This document shows, piece by piece, positions 49,801-61,228 of a stretch of 64,000 nucleotides of DNA. Every line of letters starts with the position of its first letter. The stretch's first letter is position 1. A program made the translations under genes and the position numbers. The notes beneath the pieces were generated by a model that saw only the letters and a list, made by a program, of their open reading frames with translations, ran no database searches and was not told the origin of the DNA. Source of the stretch: Gekko japonicus (lineage: Eukaryota); NCBI RefSeq assembly GCF_001447785.1, contig NW_015167071.1, positions 1 through 64,000 of the forward strand, in the 5' to 3' direction.

Positions 49801-52800
49801 ACTAGACACCTGTGATTCAAGAACAGCTATGATTCTCACTGAAGAATGCTAGACATATGGATGTGGTAGCAAGGTAGAAGCCAGGAGATTTGGGAATATG
49901 GTTACTCTTTGTCCTAATGTGCATAATTTTCCTTTTGAGTAATCTTTTTTAAAAAAATTTGTTCCAGGTAGATTCATAGACTCCCGTGATGTTGCGCCCC
50001 CTCCTGCCCCTTGGGATGTAGTGGTGGATCCTCCTCCATTGTTCACAGACTGTAAAATGCATATCCCAATACCACATACGTATTCAGTGGAGGTAAGAAT
50101 CACAAAACACTGCCTTCTGTATACAGCATTTTAGCATTGATACTCCTATGCAGACACAGGTTTAAGTGATTTCCCCTGAGGTGTTTATGTATTTATTTTG
50201 TTTAAAATAGTGTGCTCCACCTTTGTACCTTACAAGGTCTTAGAAATCAAAGCTGTGTATCACATCAGTGGCTGAATAGGGAATGACGGACAGGCATTTT
50301 GAGTCTATAACCCTTTCCGTTCATTACATTCCAGCACTCCTAATGCAGAGATGAGGTTGCCGTTTTGCCTGAATCAGGCAACATGCATATATTCTGGCTT
50401 TGGTACATGTGATCATAGAATCATAGAATGTTAGAGCTGGAAGGGATCTTGAAGGTCATCTACTCCAACCCCCTGCACTCTGCAGGAGCATAGCTGAAAG
50501 ATAGCCCTACGTATCTACAACATACCCGAAAGATGGTCATCCAGCCTCCGCTTGAAAACATCCATCGAAGGAGCATCCACCACCTCCTGAGGCAGACGGT
50601 TCCACTGCTCAACCACTCTTACAGTTAGGAAGTTTCTCCTGATATTTAGCCGGTAACGGCTCCCTTGTAATTTCCACCCATTAGATCTAGTCTTGCAATC
50701 CGGAGCAAGAGAGAATAGATCTGCTCCATCTTCTACATGACAGCCCTTCAAATACTTGAAGACTGCAATTGTGTCCCCTCTAAGCCTTCTCTTTCCCAGG
50801 CTAAACATACCCAACTCTTTCAGCCTTTCCTCATAAGAGTTGGATTCCAACCCTCTCACCATCCTGGTTGCCCTCTTCTGGACACGCTCAAACTTGTCAA
50901 CATCCTTCCTAAAATGTGGTGCCCAAAACTGAACACAGTACTCCAGGTGAGGCCTGACCATAGCAGAATAGAGCGGAACTACCACCTCCCTTGATCTGGA
51001 CTCAATGCTTCTGTTAATGCATCCTAAGATCAAAAACCTTGCTTTTTCATGGTATTCATTTGTGCTTTTGGGAGCTGGAACATATGTTCACTTCCATGCA
51101 GTATGCTTTGCCAGTACATGTGACAGGACTGCTGGAAATGTAACAACTCAAAGGGACTTTTTACTCTAGAGAATAATCCTTCATCTAGTGAAAGGAAACT
51201 GCTAATTCATTCTAATATCCTGTCCTAAAACATAAAGATGGATTACGTATTACGGTGGTGGTGGTGGAAAGTGCCATCCAGTTGCATTTGATTTATGGCA
51301 ACTCCGTGAGGTTTTCAAGGCAAGAGATATTCTGAGATGGTTTGCCATTGCTTGGCTCTGTATAGTGAGCCTGGAATTCTTTGGTTGTCTCCCATCTAAA
51401 TACTAAGCAGGGTCAACCCTGCTTAGCTTCCAAGATGTGATGAGATCAGGCTAGCCTTGGCCATCCAGGTAATGGATGAAAACAGGGAGGAACTTCAATG
51501 GGGTATAATGCCATAGAGTCCTCCTTCCAAAGCAGCCATTTTCTCCAGGTGAACTGATCCCTATCACCTGGAGATCAGTTGTAATCCTGGGAAGTCTCCA
51601 GCAAAGTTCCCTCTAAGCTATGGAGCCCTGTGAGCAAAAATTCTACTTTGTGAGCTATTGGCATTAAAGTTGTGAGCAGGAGGTTTGGTTGTTGCATAAA
51701 TTAGTTTGTTCTGGAGCCATCCTTCCTGAGCTAAGACAAAAATGTGTGAGCCAGAGGCTAAAAAACTGTGAGCTAGCTCACATTAACTCAGCTTAGAGGG
51801 AACACTGGTCTCCAGGCACAATCTGGAGGTTGGCAACTCTAGGTCTATGGGTCAAGGATAATGGTTCAAGGGCTTCCTGTACCAGGTCCGTGGAGGCACC
51901 AAGGCCCCAGGCCAAATGAAGGCACCATCCAAATGATGTCCCAGGGTGTTCACTTAAGCTGTACTGCATACCATTCAAACAACTTGACCTGCACATCTAC
52001 CACCACAAGGGAGGACCAGTTCGTTCTTCCTGACAGCCACCTACTGTGTGCTTGGTAGAGCCAGAACATGGCCAGTGGATGCAACATACTGCCAGCAGAG
52101 CCTAGTGGATGCTGGGTATGCCTGAAGTGCCTGCAGAAAGAAAGTGAGCTCCTCAGTGGAGATGATGAAATGTCATGTGTTCGGTGCACTGACCCCAATA
52201 GAATCTGCCCTGTGAGGAGAGGCTGAACAAAGCCTGAGCAGCTCACACTCCCTCGTGCTGGGGAGGATGTTGTGGCAAAGAGCAGACGAGGCAGCAACAA
52301 ATAAGGACAAAAGCAGGGTTCACTGGGGAAGGGTATAGATGGACTGGGCAGGCTCCCACTGAACAAGGTAAAAATATCTTAGCCCTCAGTACCCACCCCA
52401 TGTATTCCTTCACATGTGCTAACTTCTGTGATGGTTTTCTTTTGCATCATGGCTGTGTCTGACTGTGTTTCTTGTAAAATATGCACTGTGGAAGCTTTGC
52501 AAATGGTTCAGTTATGCTGACCTCTTTTTTTCTGATTTTAGAATTGTCCAGACTGCAAAGGACGCGGCACAACTGTATGCCCATCATGTATCGGAACTGG
52601 CAAGGTAATACCAATTCTTATCAAGTATCTCTGTCCCTTTCCATGTGTAATTTTAATCTGTGAAAAATGGGCACATAAAGGCTTAAGAACAAAGAAGAAA
52701 AAAGGGAAAAAAACTGAACCTAAACCTAGAATTCAGAACCTAAAAAGGTTAGTCAAGAATAGAAGAGGGCCAACTCTAAAAATCTAATTATAAAACATAC

Positions 52801-55800
52801 AAAAATATACATGTATTTATTCAACATAAATTAAAATAACAAACAAGGGCCCATTCATACCTCATATACAAATATAAAAACATACAAGGGCTAATAAGAT
52901 AGACCTAACGCATTTCGGCCTTTACAGGCCTTCCTCAGAGGTCTAATACAGACAGAACATGTTGGCTGATATGCAAAAATACTTCCAATCATACATATAC
53001 AAAATATGGAATAAAGACCAGAAACCAATTGTTCCAAAGTTTAACCACTGGGCAAAGAAAATAAATACAAAAATACAAATGAAGCCTCCAGTGCAATCAC
53101 ATGTCCAGCAGTACTTCTCTCTGGTCAACTGTATATTCTTCTGAGATTGTATAGCCAAATGTTCCCAATAAAATTTCTGCAGATTTTGCCAGTTCTCCCA
53201 TCCCACTGCAGACTTCCAAATATCCCATGTTGCCCTGACCTGGATAGCCCAGGCAAGCCCAATCTTGTCAGCTATCAGAAGCTAAGCAGGGCTGACCCTG
53301 GCAAGTATTTGGATGGGAGACCTCCAAAGAACACCAGGGTTGGGAGGCAAAGGCAGGCTATCAAGCCACCTCTCTGAATATCCTCCATGCCCCAGTAGGA
53401 GTCACCAGAGGTTGCCATGACTTTCAGGCATGGGCACATGCACACACACACACACACACAAATGTAAAAATACACACCCCCAATCAAAACAAAACCATAT
53501 ACCCCATGTTGTTCCCCATTCCTCCAGGAACTGCTTTGAAATAGGAGGTGGGAAATCCCTTCTGTCTGGACAAATCTCTAGTGGATCCAGCCATTGTGTC
53601 TATAAAATAAACTGCTCAACAAAGTGATCTCATTCCCATATAATAAAAACCAAACATGCATTTAGAAGGTAATTGATATATGTTCATGACATCCAATATT
53701 CAATTTCTATAAGGTTTAAAGAAAATGTCTATACAATTCTGAGTCAGTGGTTTTATGCACGGGATAAATTAAAAGAAAAACATGTACAATACTGTTTTAG
53801 TTCATTACTGGAGTATTGGCTAAGCGGGACCAAGTATGATGTGTGTTAGGTGGGGTTGCATACTCCAAGAGAGTATGAAAAGGTCAACAGGATATAGTTC
53901 CCTGCAAATAATAAAGTTGTGTTTACTGTGTGTGGTGAGAGGCAAGGTAATCATGTAAATCTAATCAAAAATGTGATTACTGCAAAAATTAACAAGAGAG
54001 TGCAAAACTGGAAATATGCCCATTGGTCAGAAATCATGGCACATAATGGACTGGGCTGTATGAGTCCCTTCTTCCATGTCAGGGAGTCATGCACCAGCGT
54101 AGAAGCCTTCTCTGATGAAGCATGATCCGGCCATTGTCTCTAAAATATGCTGGATTGATAATAAGTAGCTCAGTTTTTCTTATCAGTTTTAATATGGTGT
54201 TTAATAAACATATTTGATCATTAACTCCTGCCAACCTAGCAGTTCGAAAGCAAGAAATTGCAAGTAGATAAATAGGTACCACTTCAGTGGGAAGGTAACA
54301 GTGTTCCGTGCGCCTTGGTGTTTAGTCATGCCAGCCACATAGAGCTGCCAAATCCCCCCGGGGGGCGGATTTCCCCCTGCTTTGGAGGCCCGATTTCCGC
54401 CACGGTGGAATTGGGTCCCGGGGGGAACTCCGCCCCCCGAAGCTGCGTCACCAGAGGTGACACAGGATGTACGGCACGTTGGGGGTGTGGCCCAGATCAT
54501 TCTGGGCCATGCCCCAATGTGCCCTACGTCCTGCGTCACTTCCAGTGACACTCTGGCGGCGCGCGCACACACACACACCCGCAGCCAGCTCCCAGACCCA
54601 GCAAACGCTCCCCCGCCGGTGAGTAATTATGATTTGGCAACCCTACGGCCACATGACCACGGAAATGTCTTTGGACAGCTCTGGCTCTTCGGCTTTGAAA
54701 CAGAGATGAGCACCGCAACCCTAGAGTTGGATTTGACTGGCTTTCGAGCAAAGGAACCTTTACCTTACCTTTGATCATTAAAAGCAGGTTAGAGCAGGAT
54801 AGGTTGCTTTTGTATGTGTCTGTATAGACACATAGGCTTTTGCATTATTTTTTGTTTGGTTTTAGACTGAGAAATTGCAAATTAAAAAAAAAAAAACCAC
54901 CCCTGGTAGGTGATATTCTTTATTGGGCCAACATTTCATGAAGTGAATGCAATCACTTGAAGTTTAGACAGAAATTAGAAGACATAATTAATTGCCCATA
55001 AGGTAAGGTGAGTTAAAAATGCAAGTCAAATTCTGAAGGAAACAACCTGAAGTAAATTATTTTACCAAATATTGTCCATAGTTTAAGCAGCAGGGAGTTC
55101 ACAGTAGCTTTAGTAGCAGCAGCTCTGAATTCCAAAGAACATGTTACTACATGAGAATTGTGAGGTGTTACAATAGAACTATTTTCTCCCACTTACAAAT
55201 TATGGTGCAAATTCACCCATATAATCTGTGGATTATGACAATTGTCCCTAACTGTTTTCAGTGCTAGTTTATTCTTGTTCTTAAGATTCATTTGATGAGA
55301 CATTTGGTTTTAAAAGCTCTGTCACACATGAGAAGAAGAACAATGGGTTGAAAAATATGACAACCCCCCCCCCCCCAAATGGATATGACTGTTTCACCTC
55401 CACTGCAGACAAGCCACTGAAAAGAACTCCTACAAGAACCATTCTCATCTCAGGAGATGAAACTGCCTCATGAAACAACTGGCCGTTTCATTAGTATTCT
55501 TCTGTCCAGATGAAGTGAGCCAATAAATCAGCAATAAAGGAAGTATGGAGGAAACATGGCTCTTTGGTGTTAAAATTCAACAGTTACTGAGCAGCCACTC
55601 TGCTACCTTGACAAATTATCTGTCACAGCATAAAGTCAGGAAAGAGATCTCAGTGAACAGTCATTTTAAAAGAAAAGGGAATCACTTAAATTGTTTGGGT
55701 GCTGAGTTTAAAATTTCCAGAGTTACCATAAAGTAGTTCAGGGCAGCCTCTCCTTCAGGCTCAGACCAGAAGGCCTGAAGAGACTATGATGGACCCCTGC

Positions 55801-58800
55801 TTCTTCTTCTTTCCTGTAAGGCAGGTTTTCCCACCAAAATGTTGTTCCCCACTCTCACTGAGCAGCCTCTTAGTAGTGTTTTGATAATAGAATTATAACT
55901 TTCTGCATCTCCCACCCTGTGATTGAGAAGTTATTTGGCTTTTGCCCAGGCCAGAGATTTATTGTAGCTAAGCAGGAGCCCTCTTATAAATCCCTTTGGA
56001 AATGACACTTGACACGGAGATTTTATTGAACAGGCACAGGAATAGGGCAGGGGATGAGAAGAGGTAAATTTTGTTGTTTATACAAATTATGATATTTTGA
56101 ACAGGCAACAGAGTATAGTTGAAGCCAGGGCTATTTTTGGGCACGAATGCACAGGAATGGTGTTCTGGCTGGCTTCAGAGTTGGCCACGCCCACACCTAC
56201 AGCATGCCTGGCCACAGAGGGAAGGCATGGGGTGTGACCTAATATGCTAATAAGCTGCATTGTCAGGGGTGTGGTCTAATATGCTAATGAATTTCTGTCA
56301 ATAATAGACTTATGACTCTCTGCATGTCCCACCCTGTGATAGAGAAGTAATTTGGAGGAGGAGAGTCGTGTTATGTATTGGGACTGGAACATTCCAGGAC
56401 TGGTTTTATCAAAGACTGCCTGAGCTTGGAACTCTAGAACAACAGCTCACAAGGACTCTGGAGGTGACCAATGAGGAATTCATGTTATGTAAATAGCCTA
56501 TCCTTGGGAGTTAGGTATGGTGTTTGCATGCTATTTAAACAAGGCTGTTGCCCTGGAGTTTAGTCTTGTATCTGCTGAATCACTAATAAAGCTGAGCTGA
56601 TCACTAGACTTGGGGTCTATTATGCTAATGAGTTCCTGCTGGTCTTTTTCTACAAAAAAAGCCCTGGTTGAAGCTATAACTGTGAGAGGTTTGTTTTGGA
56701 GATTACTTTCAGCAACAGTGTATCTTAATACATTTTCATATAATTATCTGAGTTTCCAGGAAGTTAGTACTTTCTTCCTGTGTTTAAATATTTTCCTTGT
56801 GGGATTACACCTTTCCTTTGAGTCATCCAGCTGGCTTCATGTGGAGGACTGGAGGATCAAACCCAGTTCTCCAGAGTAGAATCTGCCACTTTTAACCGCT
56901 ACACCAAGCTGGCTCTAATTCTTTGTTCCTCCCATCAGCTTCCTCTACCAGTTCCTTCCTGTAGTCAGAGAAGGGGGGTGCATGCAGGCAGCAACCAGTC
57001 AATCAAACTGTGCTTTACAGTGAGGCATTAACTCCTTATCTCCCAGGTCACTGCTTTTGATGCACTAAGCATCCTGGTTTTGGAGGTCAATTCATCACAG
57101 GCTGCGGTCACACGGAACATTAGCCACGCTAGAGAGATGGCTAATTTGTTAATCACCCTATCCCAGCTTACGCCCTCCAGCTCTGCCCCCACGCTATGGA
57201 TTTCTGAACTTTTCCTTAAATGTGAGGGTACACAGTAAGGGCAAGGAGTTGTGTCCCTTCACTTCCCAAGTGAACTTTTCTGTTTCCCTCAGACCAACAC
57301 ACACACCTCCTGACTGGCAATTGGCAAGCCAAAGTCCAAATGACAACTGGCTCATTCTGACCAGACTGTGGTTCACAGTGAGGCATTAACGCCTAATCTC
57401 CTAGCTCTTTGAATCTGATGCACTAAGCATACTGCTTTTGGAGGTCAGTTTATCATAGAGACATTTTTAGAGGGGGGAAGAACACTTTGTATCATAGAAC
57501 ATTTGCATTTATGGTTTCTGGGTACTATGAATGAATGCCCCACATTGGCAATCACCCCAATACCCTTACATTGGAGCTGCTACCACCACCCGGCTGACAG
57601 ATTACCAGAGCCTCTCTTTCTCCCGCCGCATCCCCCTCTTCCCCAGCATTTTGTTTGATAAATGGTCGTGCAACATATAGAAAGACTTGCTCATCTTTCC
57701 AGTTCTCTAATTTATTTATGCAAAATGAAAAACTGCTTTTCCTAAAATTATCCTCATAATGCTGTTGTTAAAGTGTCTGCAGTTGGAGTATAGTATCCTG
57801 ATCTGTAGTATTGTCCTGGCAGACACATTTGTATCCACTTGACTGAGTTTTTAGAATAAGTTTTCAGAGACAGAGAATGAAATGGATGTTTTTTTCTTCA
57901 TGTGTAGAAAACGTGTTCTGCTTGTAATGGGAGTGGATCCTCCTGGCAAGAAGATTTCCAAATTTGCACGTTCTGTGGAGGTTCAGGAAAGGTTAGGTAA
58001 GTGAGTAAAGGGTAAGTTATGTGCACTGGTACTTCCTTTTTATAGTAACCAGAATAACTTTGTTGCAATCCTTGGCTTCTTCAGCAAGGAGAATTTGTGA
58101 AGAATGCTGTCACTTATTAAGATATCTGTGTAACAATTTAGAATCCTCCAGCATGCAATTTAGTATCTTCTCCACTATTTACCTTAGTCACTCCCTACAA
58201 AAGTAGCTATTCATACCAATATTCCCATTTTACAGAATAGAGACTGAGAAATTATATGGAAGATCTTGCATCATTGCATCTTACCAAATAAATTATAACT
58301 AACCAACGTCATTACTTTAAAATAAAATTCTAGTGCCATGAAAAAAGATTTAAAACATACTGAGAAGAAGAGGCAGTAGTTTACATAAATGTTTTTGGTT
58401 TGGATTCAGCAATTCCCTTCCATCAAGTCTTCATCCAAAAGAAAAAGACTTCCTTTGACAAAAAGAGACCTTTCTTTTCTATGAGAAACTGCTATTCCCT
58501 ATTGAAGGACGTCTTTCTCCTCTGAAGGACATCTTAGCAGAAGAGAGTCATGGGATCCAACTTAGCAGTAGGAAGTCACAGAGCCAACCCATGGGGTTTA
58601 AGTTTTTCTCTTTCCCCTCCACAGTTGTTTCAACTGTCACAGCAGTGGAATGCTGAAGTGTTATCGTTGCAATGGGACTGGCATCTTACTGTTTCATACT
58701 GAACTAACAATAACTTGGTAAGTTGAAACCCTTAAAGAAGAATGTTTTAATGAATAGGTTGTATGGTTTTTACACAGCCCTTAAACTTTTTGAAGTTATA

Positions 58801-61228
58801 TCCTCCCATAGTACCAGTACAGTTTTGTACAGAGTTTTATCTTGTGCATGTTTGCCCATTAATAGAAGAACATTGTTCTTCATGGAATACCTAAGCCAGT
58901 GTACAATCGATCAATGAAAATTCTGGCATGATATTTTATAGTAGATTCCTCTGTATTTCAGTTTCCCATGACAGTCCTTGTGGCGTAGGACTAGGGGTGT
59001 GCACTTGTATATACCGAGCTGAATAGATACATGAAAAATAACTCATTGGTATCTTTTTAATATTTATTCAGCTGAATACAGACACGAAATCTGTATTTGG
59101 CTACTGTAGTAGCTCTGCCTAAATAAAAGCCGATATTATTTGATTTTTATTTGGGATTGAGGCCTGACTCCAGTGAGAAGGGAAGAGGTTTAAACTTTAA
59201 ACTCCTTCCCTTCTCTCTTGAGCAGCACCACAGCTGTGGTCCGACTCCAGGGAGGGGATGGAAAGGAGTTTAAACCCCTTTCCACCCCCTCTCCTAGCCA
59301 GGACTGTGTGGTGGGGAGGGAGAGCCCTCCTGGGCACACACAGATCCCTGGGTGGCTTCTTCTGTGGGGTGGGTTAAAAACCACCCCATAGAAGAAGCTG
59401 GCCCTGCCAGCTCAGTCTCAAGAAATTATTTGGGCTTAAGGGGTTTAAAGTTTAAACCCCTCCCTTCCCAGAGGTGGGCCACAGCTGCGGAGTCACTCCA
59501 GAGAGAAGGGAAGGGGATTAAACATTAAACCCATTCCCTTCTCTCTGGAGTCATGCTGCAGCTGTGACCTGACTCCAGGAAGGAAATATATTCATGTTTC
59601 TTGAGTATTAACCTGAATACCAGCACAATACTGAGGCTGCGATCATACGTACCAGAAGCTGCGACAGACATGCGATTCCCCTGTGGATTAAAGGAATGCG
59701 ATCAGATGGACACATCTGTCCAGTGTCCCTGAGTCATTGGCGAGGCGTCTTGTTGCGCCGCAGGAGTGTCGCAAAAAGCCACCAGGGAAAGGCTAGTAGT
59801 ATCCGGAAGTGTGGGGCAGGCGGGCGGAAGTCTGATTGCACAAATACGCTGTCATGATCTGGGCTGTGCCAGTAGATGCCTACTAAGCCCAAGGAGCCTG
59901 GCTAGCAGTAGGTGAGGCTGGGCCTACAACTCCCAGAAGCAATGTTCCCTCTAAGCTGTGGAGTCTTGTGAGCCAAAATTCTACTTTGTGAGCCACTGGC
60001 ATTAAAGTTGTGAGCGAGCGATGTGGCTGCTGCATAAATCAGTTTGCTTTGGATACCTCCTTCCTGAGCTAAGACAAAAAGGTGTGAGCCGGAGGCTAAA
60101 ACACTGTGAGCTAGCTCACACTAACTCAGCTTAGAGGGAACACTGCCCAGAAGCCCCTGGGAGGTTTTGGAGCCAAAATGGACCAATAGGAAAAGAGGAG
60201 GGCTGGGAATAAAAGTTCTGGAGCAGCAGGAAGAGCTGTTCTTTCTTCCAGAGGGCAGAGCCAGGAGAAAGGCTGCTGCAGGGGAAAAACCCTCATCCTG
60301 GGGGAAGGCTGAATAGTGTAAGGCCACTTGAGATAATGAGCTAGGGAAAGTAAATTTAGACGCGTTAGGGCATTTGATTTCTTTTCACCCACTTACTGTT
60401 ATTATTCTGCACTTTGTTGTTTGACCTCCTATAAAATAAACCTTTCCCTTGTTTTGCTCTGCCTGGTCCTCATGCCTGTTATTCAGCTTAAAGGGAGGTC
60501 TGAAGGTCTTGGGAGGGTACTCTGGGCCTTCTCAAGGGAACCTAAATCCAGAGTGGTGGCAGCGTCAGGTGACACCCCACCTGAGTCATGACACGCGCAT
60601 CAGTTCATCCTGGGGCAAACAGCCTCGCTTCCCGCCCGCAGTTCCTCGCTGGTGTGATCGGAGCCATGTACTGGTATTCGGGAATACTCTGGAATCCCGA
60701 ATATTTTCAGGTCAATAGTACCTGAATCCAAAGTCAATGGAATTTTGTTTTTCTTGCACACCCCTACTGTCTTGAGTAAATGGCTAATTTGAGTAGAAAA
60801 CAGAATTGCCTCGCAGTCTCTGATATTTGGATCCATAATTTGAACAAAATGCTTCCACTAACAGTGCAATCCTAAACAGAGTTACACTGGTCTAAATCCA
60901 GTGAAGACAGAAGAGTGTAACTCTGCTTAGGATGGCAGTGTAAGTCATCCAGATTACAACAGTAGAAATTGGAGAAAATCTGAGCCATGATTTAATACAT
61001 CTTTTGAGTACCATCAGAGTTGGGGGATGACATGGAGTCAGCAGTTATCAGATTTGCTCATCTTTAAATTTGTATCATAACAAGAAAACCAACAATGCTT
61101 TATGTCTCTCTCTTCTCAACAGGAAGAACAACATATCAGAACATGTAGTAGACAAGAATTCAGACTTTCCAATTTTCCATTTGCAGGAAGTGACTGGGAA
61201 AGGAATATTTACTGATGAGCACTCTTTG
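43772..61228 (+). CDS. SSUH2: SSUH2-like gene, paralog B (spliced, 9 coding exons seen; first exon uncertain, last two exons expected beyond the window)
   Basis: Exons 43772-43873, 44291-44366, 46665-46794, 48759-48819, 49968-50092, 52542-52604, 57908-57996, 58625-58717 and 61123-61228 all have AG/GT boundaries and join in frame without stops. The seven exons shared with paralog A have identical phases. Confidence 0.92.
44291..44366 (+). CDS. SSUH2: SSUH2-like B exon (GGKSGQAEQLPHKEHEEFGPHQRDLN)
   Basis: TTTCAG acceptor, GTAAGA donor; phase 1 to 2 exactly bridges 43873 and 46665. Confidence 0.7.
45166..46005 (-). mobile_element. 5'-truncated L1-related element: ORF1 C-terminus followed directly by 3' UTR and poly(A)
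   Basis: 14-bp TSD AGAGTCCAGTAGTA (45152-45165 and 46006-46019), poly-T at 45168; the - strand translates FADVPAEILLTRRKFQDITKKLREHGSKYRWLALGHLVVNLNGK...GGV* (stop at 45795-45797). Confidence 0.8.
46006..46278 (-). mobile_element. Penelope-like 3' end with a degenerate hammerhead motif
   Basis: The - strand reads DLGF.SHY (end of the ORF), then CTGAATAAGTGAGC..CATGAAAGCTCATAC..TTGTTAGTCTTTAAGGTACTACTGGACTC. Confidence 0.7.
46665..46794 (+). CDS. SSUH2: SSUH2-like B exon (TLYVSEQDVKEALLQYVSSKHFYRSTPAKHMKIQNIIPLNTYR)
   Basis: CAG acceptor, GTATGT donor, 130 nt, homologous to 447-576. Confidence 0.92.
47383..47588. mobile_element. hAT MITE copy 5
   Basis: 8-bp TSD GACATGAC. Confidence 0.88.
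47776..48375. mobile_element. Squam3-like SINE (+) interrupted by a Sauria SINE (-, about 47797-48131)
   Basis: The head TTTGGTGTAGTGGTTAAG is separated from its continuation CTAATCTGGGAGAACCGGG by a reverse Sauria SINE starting with (AAAGGT)n. Confidence 0.8.
48759..48819 (+). CDS. SSUH2: SSUH2-like B exon (YRLETFTECRQTHRASELYD)
   Basis: CAG acceptor, GTGAGT donor, 61 nt. Confidence 0.93.
49564..49770. mobile_element. hAT MITE copy 6
   Basis: 8-bp TSD GCTGTAGT. Confidence 0.88.
49968..50092 (+). CDS. SSUH2: SSUH2-like B exon (GRFIDSRDVAPPPAPWDVVVDPPPLFTDCKMHIPIPHTYSVE)
   Basis: CAG acceptor, GTAAGA donor; PWD..PPLF..PH motif. Confidence 0.92.
50413..51031 (-). mobile_element. CR1 LINE 3' fragment (same subfamily as 28217-30005)
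   Basis: ILGCINRSI..RPHLEYCVQFW..ERVQKRATRM..LGMFSLGKRRLRGD; (ATTCTATG)n tail. Confidence 0.92.
51260..51470 (-). mobile_element. 5S rRNA-derived SINE
   Basis: Reverse complement of the 41478-41690 family. Confidence 0.7.
51602..51807. mobile_element. hAT MITE copy 7
   Basis: 8-bp TSD GTCTCCAG. Confidence 0.88.
52542..52604 (+). CDS. SSUH2: SSUH2-like B exon (NCPDCKGRGTTVCPSCIGTGK)
   Basis: TAG acceptor, GTAATA donor, two CxxCxGxG motifs. Confidence 0.92.
52901..52944 (-). ncRNA. Minimal type I hammerhead ribozyme motif
   Basis: The - strand reads AGACCU CUGAGGA A GGCCU-GUAA-AGGCC GAAA UGCG UU AGGUCU: 6-bp stem I, CUGANGA core, 5-bp stem II with a GNRA loop, GAAA, a short near-palindromic stem III and a GUU cleavage triplet. 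Confidence 0.7.
53232..53440 (+). mobile_element. 5S rRNA-derived SINE
   Basis: GAAGCTAAGCAGGG..AGTATTTGGATGGGAGACC matches 5S boxes A and C. Confidence 0.75.
54222..54772 (+). mobile_element. Sauria SINE (5'-truncated) interrupted by a hAT MITE at 54340-54645
   Basis: SINE body and (ACCTTT)n tail; the insert has TIRs TAGAGCTGCCAAATC / GATTTGGCAACCCTA and 8-bp TSD CAGCCACA / CGGCCACA. Confidence 0.8.
57908..57996 (+). CDS. SSUH2: SSUH2-like B exon (KTCSACNGSGSSWQEDFQICTFCGGSGKV)
   Basis: TAG acceptor, GTAAGT donor, two CxxCxGxG motifs, phase 0 to 2. Confidence 0.92.
58625..58717 (+). CDS. SSUH2: SSUH2-like B exon (CFNCHSSGMLKCYRCNGTGILLFHTELTITW)
   Basis: CAG acceptor, GTAAGT donor, 93 nt. 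Confidence 0.92.
58992..60766. mobile_element. Nested transposon stack: hAT-like element > Harbinger-like MITE (59635-60665) > solo LTR (59850-60593) > hAT MITE copy 8 (59940-60145)
   Basis: Paired ends TAGGGGTGTGCA / TGCACACCCCTA, GGCTGCGATCATAC / GTGTGATCGGAGCC and TGTCATGA / TCATGACA; innermost TSD CCCAGAAG. Confidence 0.7.
61123..61228 (+). CDS. SSUH2: SSUH2-like B exon (KNNISEHVVDKNSDFPIFHLQEVTGKGIFTDEHSL)
   Basis: CAG acceptor, GTAACA donor, 106 nt. Confidence 0.92.
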
